From NCBI GenBank assembly GCA_029288865.1, contig JARIGM010000021.1:1-41290 (forward strand): a DNA stretch of 41,290 nucleotides. Reading direction: 5' to 3'. This document shows, piece by piece, positions 16,735 to 27,200 of the stretch. The stretch comes from Candidatus Kaiserbacteria bacterium. GTDB taxonomy: Bacteria; Patescibacteriota; Minisyncoccia; Phycocordibacterales; Phycocordibacteraceae. The position numbers and the translations under genes are program-made. The stretch's first letter is position 1, and every line of letters begins with the position of its first letter. The notes under the pieces were generated by a model. That model saw only the letters and a program-made list of their open reading frames with translations, searched no databases and was not told where the DNA came from.

Positions 16735-18174
16735 TTAAGCGAGGCGCGGAAAGAGATTCTCAGGCTTCTTATTTTCTTGGACCGCACGAAGAATAGTTTC
16801 AGAGGTGGTTGGCATTGCGACAGCGAGGTGTGCAGCGATCTTTGCGAGGTGAGACGCAAGGAGCGCAATGTCCTGCTTCCCTTCTGCACGAATGGACTCG
16901 TCCTCGCCCTTCACCTTCTTGAACGGTGCGCGGTCGGTCATGACAGCATCACACTCCGCGATCATCTCGAATACATAGTCCATCGCTTCATCGAACGCAA
17001 ACGCATCAAGCTTATGCTGAAACGCTTCGTCTGGTTCCTGCGCGGACATCTCAATCGGTGCGTCGAGATTGTCTTCCGCAAGCTTCATTATGCGTGCGAC
17101 AAGATTGCCAAGTCCGTTCACGAGGTTCGCGGTGTACCACTCGTCGAGTCGTTCCCATGTTACGTCCGAGTCATCAACTGGATGCACATGACGAAGCAGC
17201 ATGTAGCGAGTCGCATCGATGCCATACTTCGCGACTAGTTCGTACGGACTGATCACGTTGCCCGTGGATTTGCTCATGCGCTGGCCGCCTGAGTTGATGA
17301 AGCCGTGATAGAAGACCGCATCGGTATTCTTGATCTGCGCAGACATGAGCATTGCCTGCCACATGATGGACTGGAAACGGACCTGATCCTTCCCCGCCAT
17401 CTGGAGCGTCGCGCCGTTTCCCCAGAATGTATTGAAATTTCCAGCTACATCCTCCGGGAAGCCGAGCACTGAAATATAGCTTGGGAGCGCATCGAACCAC
17501 ACATACATGACCTGCGAATCGTCGCCGGGTACGGGCACACCCCACGAGAGACGCGCGCTTTCGCGCGAGATACTGAAATCCTCAAGGCCGTGCTCGACGA
17601 ACGCGAGCGCTTCCTCGCGACGCCACTCCGGCACGATCACGCCTGGCTGCGAGAGATACTCCTTCAGGCGATCCTGATACTTCGAGAGCGCAAAGAAATA
17701 ATTCTTTTCCGAGAGTTCCTGGAGTTCGAGCGTCGAGTGAAGCAAGCAGTGGCCGGATTCGTCCAGTTCGCGCTCGGTCTTGAATGCCTCGCAACCAACA
17801 CAATACATGCCGGTGTAGCTTTTCTCGTATATGTTCCCTGCCTGGTCGCAACGGCGCCAGATCTCTTGCGCTGCTTCGATGTGAGACTGGTCAGTAGTAC
17901 GAACGAACGAATCGTTGCTGAGATTTAGCGTATCCTTCAGCTTTTTGAATTCCGCTGCATAGCGATCCACGTATGCCTGTACATCTTCTCCATTTTGTTC
18001 GGCCTTTTCAGCGATCTTTTGTCCGTGCTCATCGCTACCAGTATTGAAAAAGACTTGGTCGCCTCGCGCGCGCCATGCACGTGCGAGCACGTCGGCCTGC
18101 ACGATCTCAAGTGCGAAACCAAGATGCGGATCGCCGTTCACGTATGGAAGAGTGGTGGTGATGTAACGGTTCAT
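16735..18174 (-). CDS. metG: Methionine--tRNA ligase (short form)
   Basis: TTTLPYVNGDPHLG, GSDEHGQK, YVWFDAL, RMSKS; start MNRYITTT. Confidence 0.96.
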   Translation of the reverse strand: MNRYITTTLPYVNGDPHLGFALEIVQADVLARAWRARGDQVFFNTGSDEHGQKIAEKAEQNGEDVQAYVDRYAAEFKKLKDTLNLSNDSFVRTTDQSHIEAAQEIWRRCDQAGNIYEKSYTGMYCVGCEAFKTERELDESGHCLLHSTLELQELSEKNYFFALSKYQDRLKEYLSQPGVIVPEWRREEALAFVEHGLEDFSISRESARLSWGVPVPGDDSQVMYVWFDALPSYISVLGFPEDVAGNFNTFWGNGATLQMAGKDQVRFQSIMWQAMLMSAQIKNTDAVFYHGFINSGGQRMSKSTGNVISPYELVAKYGIDATRYMLLRHVHPVDDSDVTWERLDEWYTANLVNGLGNLVARIMKLAEDNLDAPIEMSAQEPDEAFQHKLDAFAFDEAMDYVFEMIAECDAVMTDRAPFKKVKGEDESIRAEGKQDIALLASHLAKIAAHLAVAMPTTSETILRAVQENKKPENLFPRLA

Positions 18175-18211
18175 AGAGGGGTATGGCAGATGCGCGTTCG
18201 CAATTGCGCGA

Positions 18212-19279
18212 CTACGCCGAGCGCTCCTTCGCAAGTCGTCGCTTCCGGCGATCAAAGTCGTTCAGCACCTCACGCAGTACGGCTGCAAGCGGCACGGCAA
18301 GCAGCACTCCCAAGAATCCTGCGAGCTCTCCACCCACAATGATCGCTAGAATCACGAGAAGCGGCGGCACACCCACCACTTTGCGCACGACGAGCGGATG
18401 GATCAAATTCCCTTCGAACTGATTCACGATGATGAACAGGCCCGCGACCATGAGCGCCGCGATGACGCCTCCAGCGCTGAATGCCGTAATAACAGCAGGA
18501 AACGCAGCGATGAGCGATCCGAATATCGGGATGATGACCGCAACGGCAGTGAATGCGCCGAGCAGCAACGCATTCGGCACATGAAGCAAGACGAGTCCGA
18601 GATAGATAGTTATTGAGATGATGAGCGACATGATGAGCTGCCCCTGCATCCACTGGCCGATCTTCACGCGCGCACGATTCCACAAGTTGATGACATATTC
18701 CTCATATTGCGGAGGCGATACGAGCTTGAGGAAGTCCACGACGCCCGTCTCCTGAATCGCGAAATAGAATGAGAGCACAGCAACGAGCAGGAGCGAGAAG
18801 ATACCACCGAAGATCGTAGAGAGAAGACGGAACGCGCCTTGCGAAGTATCAGCCGAGAAGGCTGAGCGGAATTCGAAGAGGGTCCTGATGAGCGATTCGG
18901 ACTCGTGGCCGCCAGCTACATCCGCACCGAACGGCATTGCGCCAGTAATCGAGACCGGCAGGTTCAGCGTGTTCAGGTATTGAGGGACGGTCGTGATGAA
19001 GCTCGAGGTCTCGTTCAAGAGCGGCGGAAAGAGGAAGTAGATGAATCCGAACAGGAATCCGAACACCAGGAGATACACCGCAAGCACGGCGAGCACGCGC
19101 GGAAACTTATATTTGCGGAAAAACTGCACGCCCGGCTCCATCGCCGATGCGAGCACAACGGCTGTGAGCACTAAGAGCGCGATACCGCGGATCAGCCAGA
19201 GCGCGTACGCCCCCGCCCCGATCAAGATAACCATGATGATCGTGCTCGGGGTGATCGCCACTCGAATCTCCTTATCCAT
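18212..19279 (-). CDS. AI-2E family transporter
   Basis: Polytopic; IIPIFG, NQFEGNLIHP, GVLLAVPLAA. Confidence 0.9.
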   Translation of the reverse strand: MDKEIRVAITPSTIIMVILIGAGAYALWLIRGIALLVLTAVVLASAMEPGVQFFRKYKFPRVLAVLAVYLLVFGFLFGFIYFLFPPLLNETSSFITTVPQYLNTLNLPVSITGAMPFGADVAGGHESESLIRTLFEFRSAFSADTSQGAFRLLSTIFGGIFSLLLVAVLSFYFAIQETGVVDFLKLVSPPQYEEYVINLWNRARVKIGQWMQGQLIMSLIISITIYLGLVLLHVPNALLLGAFTAVAVIIPIFGSLIAAFPAVITAFSAGGVIAALMVAGLFIIVNQFEGNLIHPLVVRKVVGVPPLLVILAIIVGGELAGFLGVLLAVPLAAVLREVLNDFDRRKRRLAKERSA

Positions 19280-19304
19280 ATGAAAGCACTATATCACAAC
19301 GTGC

Positions 19305-20714
19305 TTAGGCGAGCGCTGTCCGGATGCGTTCTGCTACTTCCTCGATCGTAAGGCGTTCTTGCTCACCAGTATCGCGGTTGCGGAGGGTGACGGTGTCTGT
19401 TAGTTCTGGATTCTCACCAAGGGTATCGAAATCGATGGTGACGCACCATGGCGTACCGATCTCGTCCTGACGGCGATAGCGCTTGCCAATGTTGCCGTTA
19501 TCATCCCAGGCGATTGCAGGATGTACTTTGCGGAGGGTGGCACGAACTTCTTGCGCCTTCGCGACAAGCTCGGGCTTGTTCTTGAGGAGCGGGAATACTG
19601 CTGCCTTTATTGGCGCGAGTTTCGGAGAAAGCTTGAGATAGACGCGCTTCTCGCCACCAAGCTCGTCTTCGGTGTATGCCTTCGCAAGCACGGCGAGCAA
19701 ATGGCGGCCAAGGCCGAATGTCGGCTCGATGACGTGCGCAACGAATTTCTCATTCGTTTCGGGATCGAGATATTGCAAATCTTCCCCACTCTCACGAATG
19801 TGATTGTTGAGATCGAAGTCGGTGCGGTATGCGATGCCTCCGATCTCCTTATATCCGTTCGGATACTTGAAATAGAAGTCCATCGTACGCTTCGAATAGT
19901 GCGCGCGATCGCTCGCTTCCACTTCGATTTCCTTGATGTCTTCCGTCTCGAAACCGAGCGAAGCGAACCATGCGTGGAACTCTGCGCGCCACAACTCGAA
20001 GAGCTGCTCCCAATCACGCTCACGTATAAAGTATTCAAACTCCATGATCTCAAGCTCGCGGACTCGGAAGAGGAACTCGCGCGGTGCGATCTCATTGCGG
20101 AACGAGCGGCCGATCTGCGCGATACCAAATGGAAGCTTCGGATGATATGAGTCGATGATGTTCTTGAAATTCACGAACATGCCCTGCGCTGTCTCAGGGC
20201 GCAGATAGACTGGAATCTCACCGCCTTCGATCGAACCAGCCGATGTCTTGAACATCATATTGAACTGCTGTGGTTCAGTGAAGCCGTTGCCATCCGGACT
20301 CTTGATGCCATTTTCACGAAGCGCTTCACCCATCTGTGCGAGTGTCATACCGGTCGGATCGATGCCAGCATCTTCGAGGAGATTGTCGGCACGATACCGC
20401 TTCCCCGTCTTCACATCGCTCACGAGCGGATCATTAAAAGTAGTCGTGTGGCCGGATGCTTCCCACACTTTCGGATTCATAAGGATAGCCGAGTCGATGC
20501 CGAACATGTCATCGCGCATGTCCACGAACTGCTTCCACCACAGCGCCTCAATGTTCTTCTTGAGCGCGAGACCGAGCGGACCATAATCGAAAGTGCCGGC
20601 GAGGCCGCCGTATATTTCGGAACCTGCAAACACGAATCCGCGGCGTTTTGCGAGCGCAACGAGCGTATCAAGCGTGAGCGGCTCTACCGCGCGGTTCTCT
20701 GAGTCCTTTTCCAT
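19305..20714 (-). CDS. glyQS: Glycine--tRNA ligase, homodimeric (alpha2) type
   Basis: KRRGF...EIYGG, YLRPETAQG, FRNEI, IEPTFG, GNIGKRYRRQDEIGTP. Confidence 0.96.
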   Translation of the reverse strand: MEKDSENRAVEPLTLDTLVALAKRRGFVFAGSEIYGGLAGTFDYGPLGLALKKNIEALWWKQFVDMRDDMFGIDSAILMNPKVWEASGHTTTFNDPLVSDVKTGKRYRADNLLEDAGIDPTGMTLAQMGEALRENGIKSPDGNGFTEPQQFNMMFKTSAGSIEGGEIPVYLRPETAQGMFVNFKNIIDSYHPKLPFGIAQIGRSFRNEIAPREFLFRVRELEIMEFEYFIRERDWEQLFELWRAEFHAWFASLGFETEDIKEIEVEASDRAHYSKRTMDFYFKYPNGYKEIGGIAYRTDFDLNNHIRESGEDLQYLDPETNEKFVAHVIEPTFGLGRHLLAVLAKAYTEDELGGEKRVYLKLSPKLAPIKAAVFPLLKNKPELVAKAQEVRATLRKVHPAIAWDDNGNIGKRYRRQDEIGTPWCVTIDFDTLGENPELTDTVTLRNRDTGEQERLTIEEVAERIRTALA

Positions 20715-20729
20715 ACATCCTTTGTACCT

Positions 20730-22637
20730 CTAATTCGCTACGCTGCCAAATTGCGGCTGGAAGCCTGGGTCTGCCACGGCGCTCGTGGAGAGCGCTGGCG
20801 CCGTATATTGGACAGTATATGGGTGAGCAGTATCCGTGCTCGCAAAACGGTCCGTGCCCGAAATGCTCTGATTCTGGATCAGGATCGGCGTCTGCCCCAC
20901 TTGCGAGCTGCTCGGCAAGAATGAGATCTGGAACGCAGCCTGGAGAGGTTTAGCGATTGTGCCAGCCGGGATATCGCCAATCTTCCATGTAACTGTGCGT
21001 GTGGCGTCATCGTAGGTGATCGTGCCGCTGCTCACGCTCGTCTTGCTGGTGAAGGTCACATAGGACGGCAGGATCATCGTCGCGGTCGCACCAGCGACAT
21101 CATTCACGTCGTTCGTCGCTTTGAGCTGCACAGTGTAGGTCGTCGGCGCATTCACGAGCGGCGGCCATGCGCCCGTATTTTGGATCGGACCGGTTGAGTG
21201 AAGGATGGAAGATGTGAGGACGAGATCAGTGGCAATGCGGATCGAGCGCGTGAGACTCGCAGCGATCGCTTGGTGCGTATTCGTATCATCCGGCGTGCCG
21301 GAGACGCCGACCGTGAGCACGATACTCGGATTGCGAAGTGAAGTGAATGCGGAGCCGCTCTTCAGTCCGATACCAAATGAGCCTTGGCCAGTATCACCTG
21401 CCTTAAGGTGTGAGAGGGTTGCTTCAGTATCGCGACTGAAGACAATCGTCGAATGAGCGGAATCATAGTATCCATTTGATGCCGTGACGTTCGATGAACT
21501 GAGCGCATTGCCCGAAAGCCGGATGCTCACTTGCCCGTTCGTAATGCCAGCTGCGAGTGTATTCGTCCACGAGACAATACCGGAGATCGGCTGTCCCGCG
21601 TTCACGACCAGCGGATCGTTTGAATTGTTGTTCAGAGAAAGCATCGCGGAAAGGAATGGACTCGTGACCGTCACAGTGTTCTGCGCACTCGCGTACGCCA
21701 CGCCAAGTGTCGGCGAACCATCATCCTTCGGCGTTCCGACGGTGAACTGGAACGTGCGCTGATCATTCTGATTGCCGGTGAGCGAACCATTAAAAGTGAG
21801 GTCCTTCTCTTCCCCCGGCTTGAGCGTGCCGATCATGAACAGCGGACCTGTTGAAGTAGCTGAGCCGGATCGTTGGGAAGAATAACCCGTCGGATATTGT
21901 GCGGACACTGCAACATTCTCCAGAGGCGAGGTTGCATTCGAACGGACTGCCACCGTGATAGCAAATGGTTGTCCGGATGCAGCGCTCGTCACTGATTTCG
22001 TAGTGATGGTGAGCGGCGAGCTCGTGATCGTGAACGAATAGTTCACTTTCTTCGTGAAAATCTGGTTAGAATTCGCCGTGTGATATTCGAATGTGACTGG
22101 AATCGTAAGCGTCTGATTCACGCTGCCGAAGAGCACGGCCTGCACCGTGAGGCTTTTTGTGCCGCCCGCAGGAACAGAACCGAGCGTTTCGATATCGCGT
22201 ACGAGCGGCTGGGTGACATCTGCGGCAGAGCGCGTGCCATCCGGGAAGTCGATGGTCACGTCAGTATTAGAAATGTCTGCAGGATTCCGATTCTTAACGG
22301 TGATGGTGAATGGCACGGTCGTGCCGCTCGCGATGTTCGTAGCTCCTTGGTTGAACGTAATATCGATTTTGTCGCTCGAGACGGTGCGGATACCCGCGAA
22401 GAGAAAGAATGCGGCGATACCCATTGCGATGAGCGAGAACACCGCAGCGAAGATAAGGAACCACACGGCAAACGAAATCCGCTTGCGCGGCTTGGGCATC
22501 GGTGGCGGCGCCCACTCACTGGTCGGAGTCTCAGGCAGTTTCGTGGAGAGCTTCGGCACTTCGAAGGACACAGGCTGATTCGGCGAATACAGCTTCTCTT
22601 CCAGTTTCCCTAACGAGCTTTTCTCCTCCGGCGGCAT
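20730..22637 (-). CDS. Membrane-anchored extracellular protein with tandem Ig-like (DUF11/CARDB-like) domains
   Basis: Single N-terminal TM; repeated beta-rich units (FTITVKN...DVTIDFPDG; VTWKIGDIPAG); start MPPEEK with TATAAT 6 nt upstream. Confidence 0.7.
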   Translation of the reverse strand: MPPEEKSSLGKLEEKLYSPNQPVSFEVPKLSTKLPETPTSEWAPPPMPKPRKRISFAVWFLIFAAVFSLIAMGIAAFFLFAGIRTVSSDKIDITFNQGATNIASGTTVPFTITVKNRNPADISNTDVTIDFPDGTRSAADVTQPLVRDIETLGSVPAGGTKSLTVQAVLFGSVNQTLTIPVTFEYHTANSNQIFTKKVNYSFTITSSPLTITTKSVTSAASGQPFAITVAVRSNATSPLENVAVSAQYPTGYSSQRSGSATSTGPLFMIGTLKPGEEKDLTFNGSLTGNQNDQRTFQFTVGTPKDDGSPTLGVAYASAQNTVTVTSPFLSAMLSLNNNSNDPLVVNAGQPISGIVSWTNTLAAGITNGQVSIRLSGNALSSSNVTASNGYYDSAHSTIVFSRDTEATLSHLKAGDTGQGSFGIGLKSGSAFTSLRNPSIVLTVGVSGTPDDTNTHQAIAASLTRSIRIATDLVLTSSILHSTGPIQNTGAWPPLVNAPTTYTVQLKATNDVNDVAGATATMILPSYVTFTSKTSVSSGTITYDDATRTVTWKIGDIPAGTIAKPLQAAFQISFLPSSSQVGQTPILIQNQSISGTDRFASTDTAHPYTVQYTAPALSTSAVADPGFQPQFGSVAN

Positions 22638-22657
22638 GGGTCGATTATACCGCACTC

Positions 22658-23233
22658 TCAAAGACCGGAAGCTGCGATGCCGCGATTGATGCGGAGGATG
22701 TAGTCTGCGCGATGATCGATGATCTCTTGCAGGATGGGTTCAGAAAAGTCGACACTCAGCCCGCCCGGGATCTCCCCCGCCTCAAGCCCGAGCAAGCGAA
22801 GATAGCGAAGCACCGCGAGGCACTCGATCGCATCTTGTAGCGATTCATCCGGCTGATCGGCAAGGACCGCGACGAACGCCATCGTAAGCGTATAAAAAAG
22901 TGGATCGAGCGATTCGCCATGCACCATGCGCAAGAGCAGGCCAATGGTGCGACCGATGCGCGTACGCGCTGTGCCGCTCTGGATCTCTTGGAACCAGTTC
23001 TTGCCAAGGACGGCACCCGAGAGGCGCCAGCCTTCCTTCCCTCGCACGAGAATGATGTCGCTTTCCGCGAGGGTCTGGAGTGCAGCCGCAAGCTTTGCGC
23101 CGGATGCACGCGCGCTTTGCGCGCGTGCTCGCACCAGCCCCAAGTCTGGCGTAAGGATCGTCACGAGTACGCTCGCTTCCGCGATCGGCGTTCGCGAAAG
23201 GATCAGCCCGGTTGTGGTGTATTTATGCCTCAT
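22658..23233 (-). CDS. recO: DNA repair protein RecO (short)
   Basis: N-terminal OB fold GLILSRTPIAEASVLVTILTPDLGLVRARAQSAR...KLAAALQ. Confidence 0.85.
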   Translation of the reverse strand: MRHKYTTTGLILSRTPIAEASVLVTILTPDLGLVRARAQSARASGAKLAAALQTLAESDIILVRGKEGWRLSGAVLGKNWFQEIQSGTARTRIGRTIGLLLRMVHGESLDPLFYTLTMAFVAVLADQPDESLQDAIECLAVLRYLRLLGLEAGEIPGGLSVDFSEPILQEIIDHRADYILRINRGIAASGL

Positions 23234-26200
23234 TCGCGCGAGGGATAATAGTGAACGAGACCGGACCGGTTGAGAGCTCTACCTTCGTGCCCTCAAGGAC
23301 ATCACCGAACGAGACAGACTCGACGCCCGGGAGGGTGGCGCCAGCGAGAACAGGTTCAGCTGCTGCTGACACCACAAGCACCACGCGGTCACGGGGCGCA
23401 AGGCCTGCGGTCTTACGCGCATCAGCAAGCGCACGTAAGAAATCACGCACGTCCCCTTCCTTGATAAGCTCCGGCGTGAGTTCGGTATCAATAGTAGATT
23501 CTCCTTCTCTTTCAAGTATTTCCTTTACATTTAATTCATCTTTCAAAACCTGTATTAGGTCTGGCATATTCGGAATAATATTTGCCGAAAAAGAATTTAA
23601 CGGTTGACGTACTTTTATTCCTGCCTTTTGTCGCAACATCAACCCTTCAGATGCCAGATCCCTAACTAATTGCATATCAGCAAATAGTGCACCATTCTCA
23701 TATGTACTTACTATCGACATTTCAGGCCATTCGCAAAGATGCACACTCTCCGGTTCGCTCTCGCCTTTCGTTGCTTGGAACACTTCTTCTGCGATAAACG
23801 GCATTACCGGTGCGATTACCTTCGAGAATGTGTTGAGCACCCGACGGAGCGTCTGGAGCGCGCGGCGCTTATCTTCCTCATCGCTTCCCTTCACGCGATC
23901 ACGCGACCGGCGAACATACCACGTCGAGAGATCATCGATGAAGTCGCGCATCGGGCGTGTACCTTGCGGCACTTCGTAGCGATCAAACGAGGTCGTCACC
24001 GCCTGCACCGTTTCAGAGAGGCGACTCAGTATCCATCGATCAAGCACGTTCGTGCTCTCCCCTGCGAGCTCTTCGCCTTGTTCGTCCTTGAAGAGCTGAT
24101 AGAACGCGAGCACGTTGCGCAGCATGTTCACCACGCGATTCTGAATCTCCTTCACATCATCATCTCGGAACGAGAGATCTTCTGCCTGCATCACTACGCT
24201 CGACATCAAGTAATAGCGGAACGCATCTGCACTGAATCGGTCGAAGAGAATATATGGGTCGGTAAAGTTGCCCTTACTCTTCGACATCTTCTCGCCGTCT
24301 GCAGCAAGGATGGTTCCCGTCGTGATGACGTTCTTAAATGCATGGCTACCAAAAAGCTCGACGCCGATCGCGTGCATGTAGTAGAACCACGCGCGTGTCT
24401 GACCGATGTACTCTGAGACGAAATCACCTGGCGTGCGTTTCTCGAATTCTTCTTTGTTTTCAAACGGATAGTGATACTCGGCAAACGGCATCGAGCCTGA
24501 CTCCACCCAACAATCCACGACTTCAGGAATACGCGTGAGTGGTTCCCCCGCTTCGGTCATGAGCTGTACCTGATCGATATACGGAAGATGGAAATCGAGT
24601 TCGTAGTTGCGGTTGTGCGGCAACGGAATGAAATTAAGCGGATACACTTCTCCGTTTGCAATAGCAAAGTTAATGATGATCTTACGCGAATCATGTGCGT
24701 TAGCGCCTGCTGTTATAGCCATGAGTGCTTCTACTCCCGCGCCGTGAGTCACGATGAGAATTGTTTGGTTCTGCTCCTTTTGTTCGAGTTCGTAGAGAAA
24801 TTCCCCGAAACGATTCTTCACCTGTTGATCGCTTTCTCCATTCGGGAATGCTTCATCGTATGGATGAGCACGACGATACGTCCGATACTCTTCGATCGAT
24901 TTTCCATTTAGATCTCCTGCATTAAATTCTCCTAATCGTGAGTCATACACGATATCGTCTTCTGCAATACCGAGTTCCTTCGCAATAAGCTGCGCCGTCT
25001 CTCGCGTCCGAGTGAATGGAGATGCGTAGATGCGTGTTGGGAGTTCTTCACGAATCACCGGTATTGCCGCTTTTGCTTGTTCCTTACCCGCTTCTGATAA
25101 ATGGTATCCATCCTGAGGATCGGAGCTGAGGATGTTCACGATATTATTCTCCGCCTCTCCATGACGCATCGCGAAGTAGCGATTGCCGCTTTTCTTCGTT
25201 CGAGTCTTGAGCTCGTCGAGCGAGCCGATCACAGTCACGTTCCCTGCTGCGTCTTTCCAGATCGGAAGCGGCGTTGCCCAGAAGCGATTGCGCGAGATAG
25301 TCCAGTCTGGTGCAGAATCGAGATTGTGCTGGAAGCGTCCGTGCTTCAGATGTTCCGGTATCCAGTTGATGTGCTCGTTTTCTGCGAGCATCTTTTCTTT
25401 TACTGCTTGAATGTTGATGAACCAACTTGAGACAGCATTGTATATGAGCGCAGTGCCGCAACGATAGCAGTGCGGATACGAGTGCGTATTCGGTGCCTTC
25501 GCGAAGAGCAGCCCGCGGGATTCGAGATCTTCCTTGATTGCAGCTTCTGCTTTCTTGATGTACTGGCCCCGAAGGAATTCCGGCGCATCATCATTGTATG
25601 TACCGTTGCCGTTCAAGAGCTGCACCATCGGCAACCCTTCCTTCATACCTAGATTGAAGTCGTCTTCACCGTATATGACTGCGGTATGCACGACGCCCGT
25701 ACCATCGGTAGTCGTAACGAAATCTGCGCCAAGCACTTGGTACTTCTTCCCAGCATGCGCCTGCATCTTCGGTACTTCGTAGAGCGGTTCGTATTCGATA
25801 CCAACGAGTTCAGCGCCAGTGCGCGTCTGAACAGGAGCAGCGAGGCCTGCAGCCTCGCTCCGCTCTGTTGCAACAACTACATACGCACCATCCTTTTCGT
25901 ACACTCCGTATGAAATTTCTGGCCCCACAGCAAGCGCGACGTTTCCCGGGAGCGTCCACGGTGTCGTGGTCCACGCAAGAATAAATGTGTTCTCAGGAAG
26001 TCCGTGCGCTGCGGGATTCTTTATTTTGAACTTAATAGTGACCGTTTCTTCCGTCACGTCTTTATAGGTGTTGTCCATCGCGATCTCAGCTTTCGCGAGC
26101 GGTGTCTCACAGTGCGGACAATACATGAGCACCTTGCGGCCTTCGTATAGACGTCCCGCATCGTGTATCTGCTTGAGTCCCCACCACACCGATTCCATGA

Positions 26201-26696
26201 ACGTCGGGTCCATGGTCTTGTATGAATTATCAAAATCAACCCATCGTCCGAGACGTTCGATGTATCGCTTCCACTCATGCACATACATGAGCACCATCTC
26301 GCGTGCAGTCTCATTGAATGTCTGTACGCCGAGCGTCAGAATCTCTTTCTTGTTCTTAAGGCCAAGCTGCTTTTCCACCAGCGACTCGATCGGAAGACCG
26401 TGCGTGTCCCATCCCCACCGACGACGCACGCGATAGCCGCGCATGGTCTTGTATCGCGGAATGAGATCCTTAGAAGTAGAAGCAAGGAAGTGGCCAGGAT
26501 GCGGAAGTCCGGTCGCGAACGGAGGCCCATCATAAAATACGAACTCGCCATTAGGCGCTTCCTTCTGGAGGGACTTCTCAAAGATGCCCTGCTCCTGCCA
26601 GAACGCGAGCATCTCCTCTTCGCGTCGTGCAGAGTCTGATTTCTGCATCTCTTCCCGGCTCTGCGGGTTTTCCTGCTCTTTTGCGTCTTTAGCCAT
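23223..26696 (-). CDS. ileS: Isoleucine--tRNA ligase (type 2) with inserted histidine-phosphatase domain
   Basis: FYDGPPFATGLPHPGH, GWDTHGLPIE, WTTTPWTL, DWTISRNRFW, KMSKS; internal RHGE...SPF.R..ETA...VTHG domain. Confidence 0.96.
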   Translation of the reverse strand: MAKDAKEQENPQSREEMQKSDSARREEEMLAFWQEQGIFEKSLQKEAPNGEFVFYDGPPFATGLPHPGHFLASTSKDLIPRYKTMRGYRVRRRWGWDTHGLPIESLVEKQLGLKNKKEILTLGVQTFNETAREMVLMYVHEWKRYIERLGRWVDFDNSYKTMDPTFMESVWWGLKQIHDAGRLYEGRKVLMYCPHCETPLAKAEIAMDNTYKDVTEETVTIKFKIKNPAAHGLPENTFILAWTTTPWTLPGNVALAVGPEISYGVYEKDGAYVVVATERSEAAGLAAPVQTRTGAELVGIEYEPLYEVPKMQAHAGKKYQVLGADFVTTTDGTGVVHTAVIYGEDDFNLGMKEGLPMVQLLNGNGTYNDDAPEFLRGQYIKKAEAAIKEDLESRGLLFAKAPNTHSYPHCYRCGTALIYNAVSSWFINIQAVKEKMLAENEHINWIPEHLKHGRFQHNLDSAPDWTISRNRFWATPLPIWKDAAGNVTVIGSLDELKTRTKKSGNRYFAMRHGEAENNIVNILSSDPQDGYHLSEAGKEQAKAAIPVIREELPTRIYASPFTRTRETAQLIAKELGIAEDDIVYDSRLGEFNAGDLNGKSIEEYRTYRRAHPYDEAFPNGESDQQVKNRFGEFLYELEQKEQNQTILIVTHGAGVEALMAITAGANAHDSRKIIINFAIANGEVYPLNFIPLPHNRNYELDFHLPYIDQVQLMTEAGEPLTRIPEVVDCWVESGSMPFAEYHYPFENKEEFEKRTPGDFVSEYIGQTRAWFYYMHAIGVELFGSHAFKNVITTGTILAADGEKMSKSKGNFTDPYILFDRFSADAFRYYLMSSVVMQAEDLSFRDDDVKEIQNRVVNMLRNVLAFYQLFKDEQGEELAGESTNVLDRWILSRLSETVQAVTTSFDRYEVPQGTRPMRDFIDDLSTWYVRRSRDRVKGSDEEDKRRALQTLRRVLNTFSKVIAPVMPFIAEEVFQATKGESEPESVHLCEWPEMSIVSTYENGALFADMQLVRDLASEGLMLRQKAGIKVRQPLNSFSANIIPNMPDLIQVLKDELNVKEILEREGESTIDTELTPELIKEGDVRDFLRALADARKTAGLAPRDRVVLVVSAAAEPVLAGATLPGVESVSFGDVLEGTKVELSTGPVSFTIIPRANEA

Positions 26697-26769
26697 GTAT
26701 TTCCTTATCCTAGCGTTTTACAGCCCAAAAAGAAACAGCCCGCCGCTTTATGCGGAGGGCTGCGAAATC

Positions 26770-27093
26770 TTACGCGATGATGTATGGCCGCTGGTCGCGC
26801 TTCATCAGGACGATGAGTGCGCGGACGCACTGCGGAATGAGCTGATCGGCGGTAAGCCGGGTTTTAGCGGCATGGCTCTGAAGAGCCTCGGCCGCCTGGC
26901 TTGCCCGCTGACGCAGACGCTTCTTCGACATGTGAGTTGAAAGAGAATACGCCGAATGGTAAATGTCCTGGACGGTGCAGTGAAATCTGTGACAGATTTC
27001 CCGCAGCATCTTTTGCCAGGCCGACACTTTCTTGGTCGGCACATTGACGGCACGCAAACGCGAAACAACTTCATCCCTATCGAATTTATGCAT
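26770..27093 (-). CDS. Hypothetical basic protein (107 aa)
   Basis: Fills the argS-ileS gap on the same strand; purine-rich AGGGGA upstream of the ATG; no recognised motif. Confidence 0.45.
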   Translation of the reverse strand: MHKFDRDEVVSRLRAVNVPTKKVSAWQKMLREICHRFHCTVQDIYHSAYSLSTHMSKKRLRQRASQAAEALQSHAAKTRLTADQLIPQCVRALIVLMKRDQRPYIIA

Positions 27094-27200
27094 TCTGATC
27101 CCCTGTTGGACAGATATGCCAATCTACCCTATGTAGAAGGCATAGAGATGAACATACTCCTTCTGATGAGCTTAGGCAAGAGGCTTTGGAACTTTCCTGT

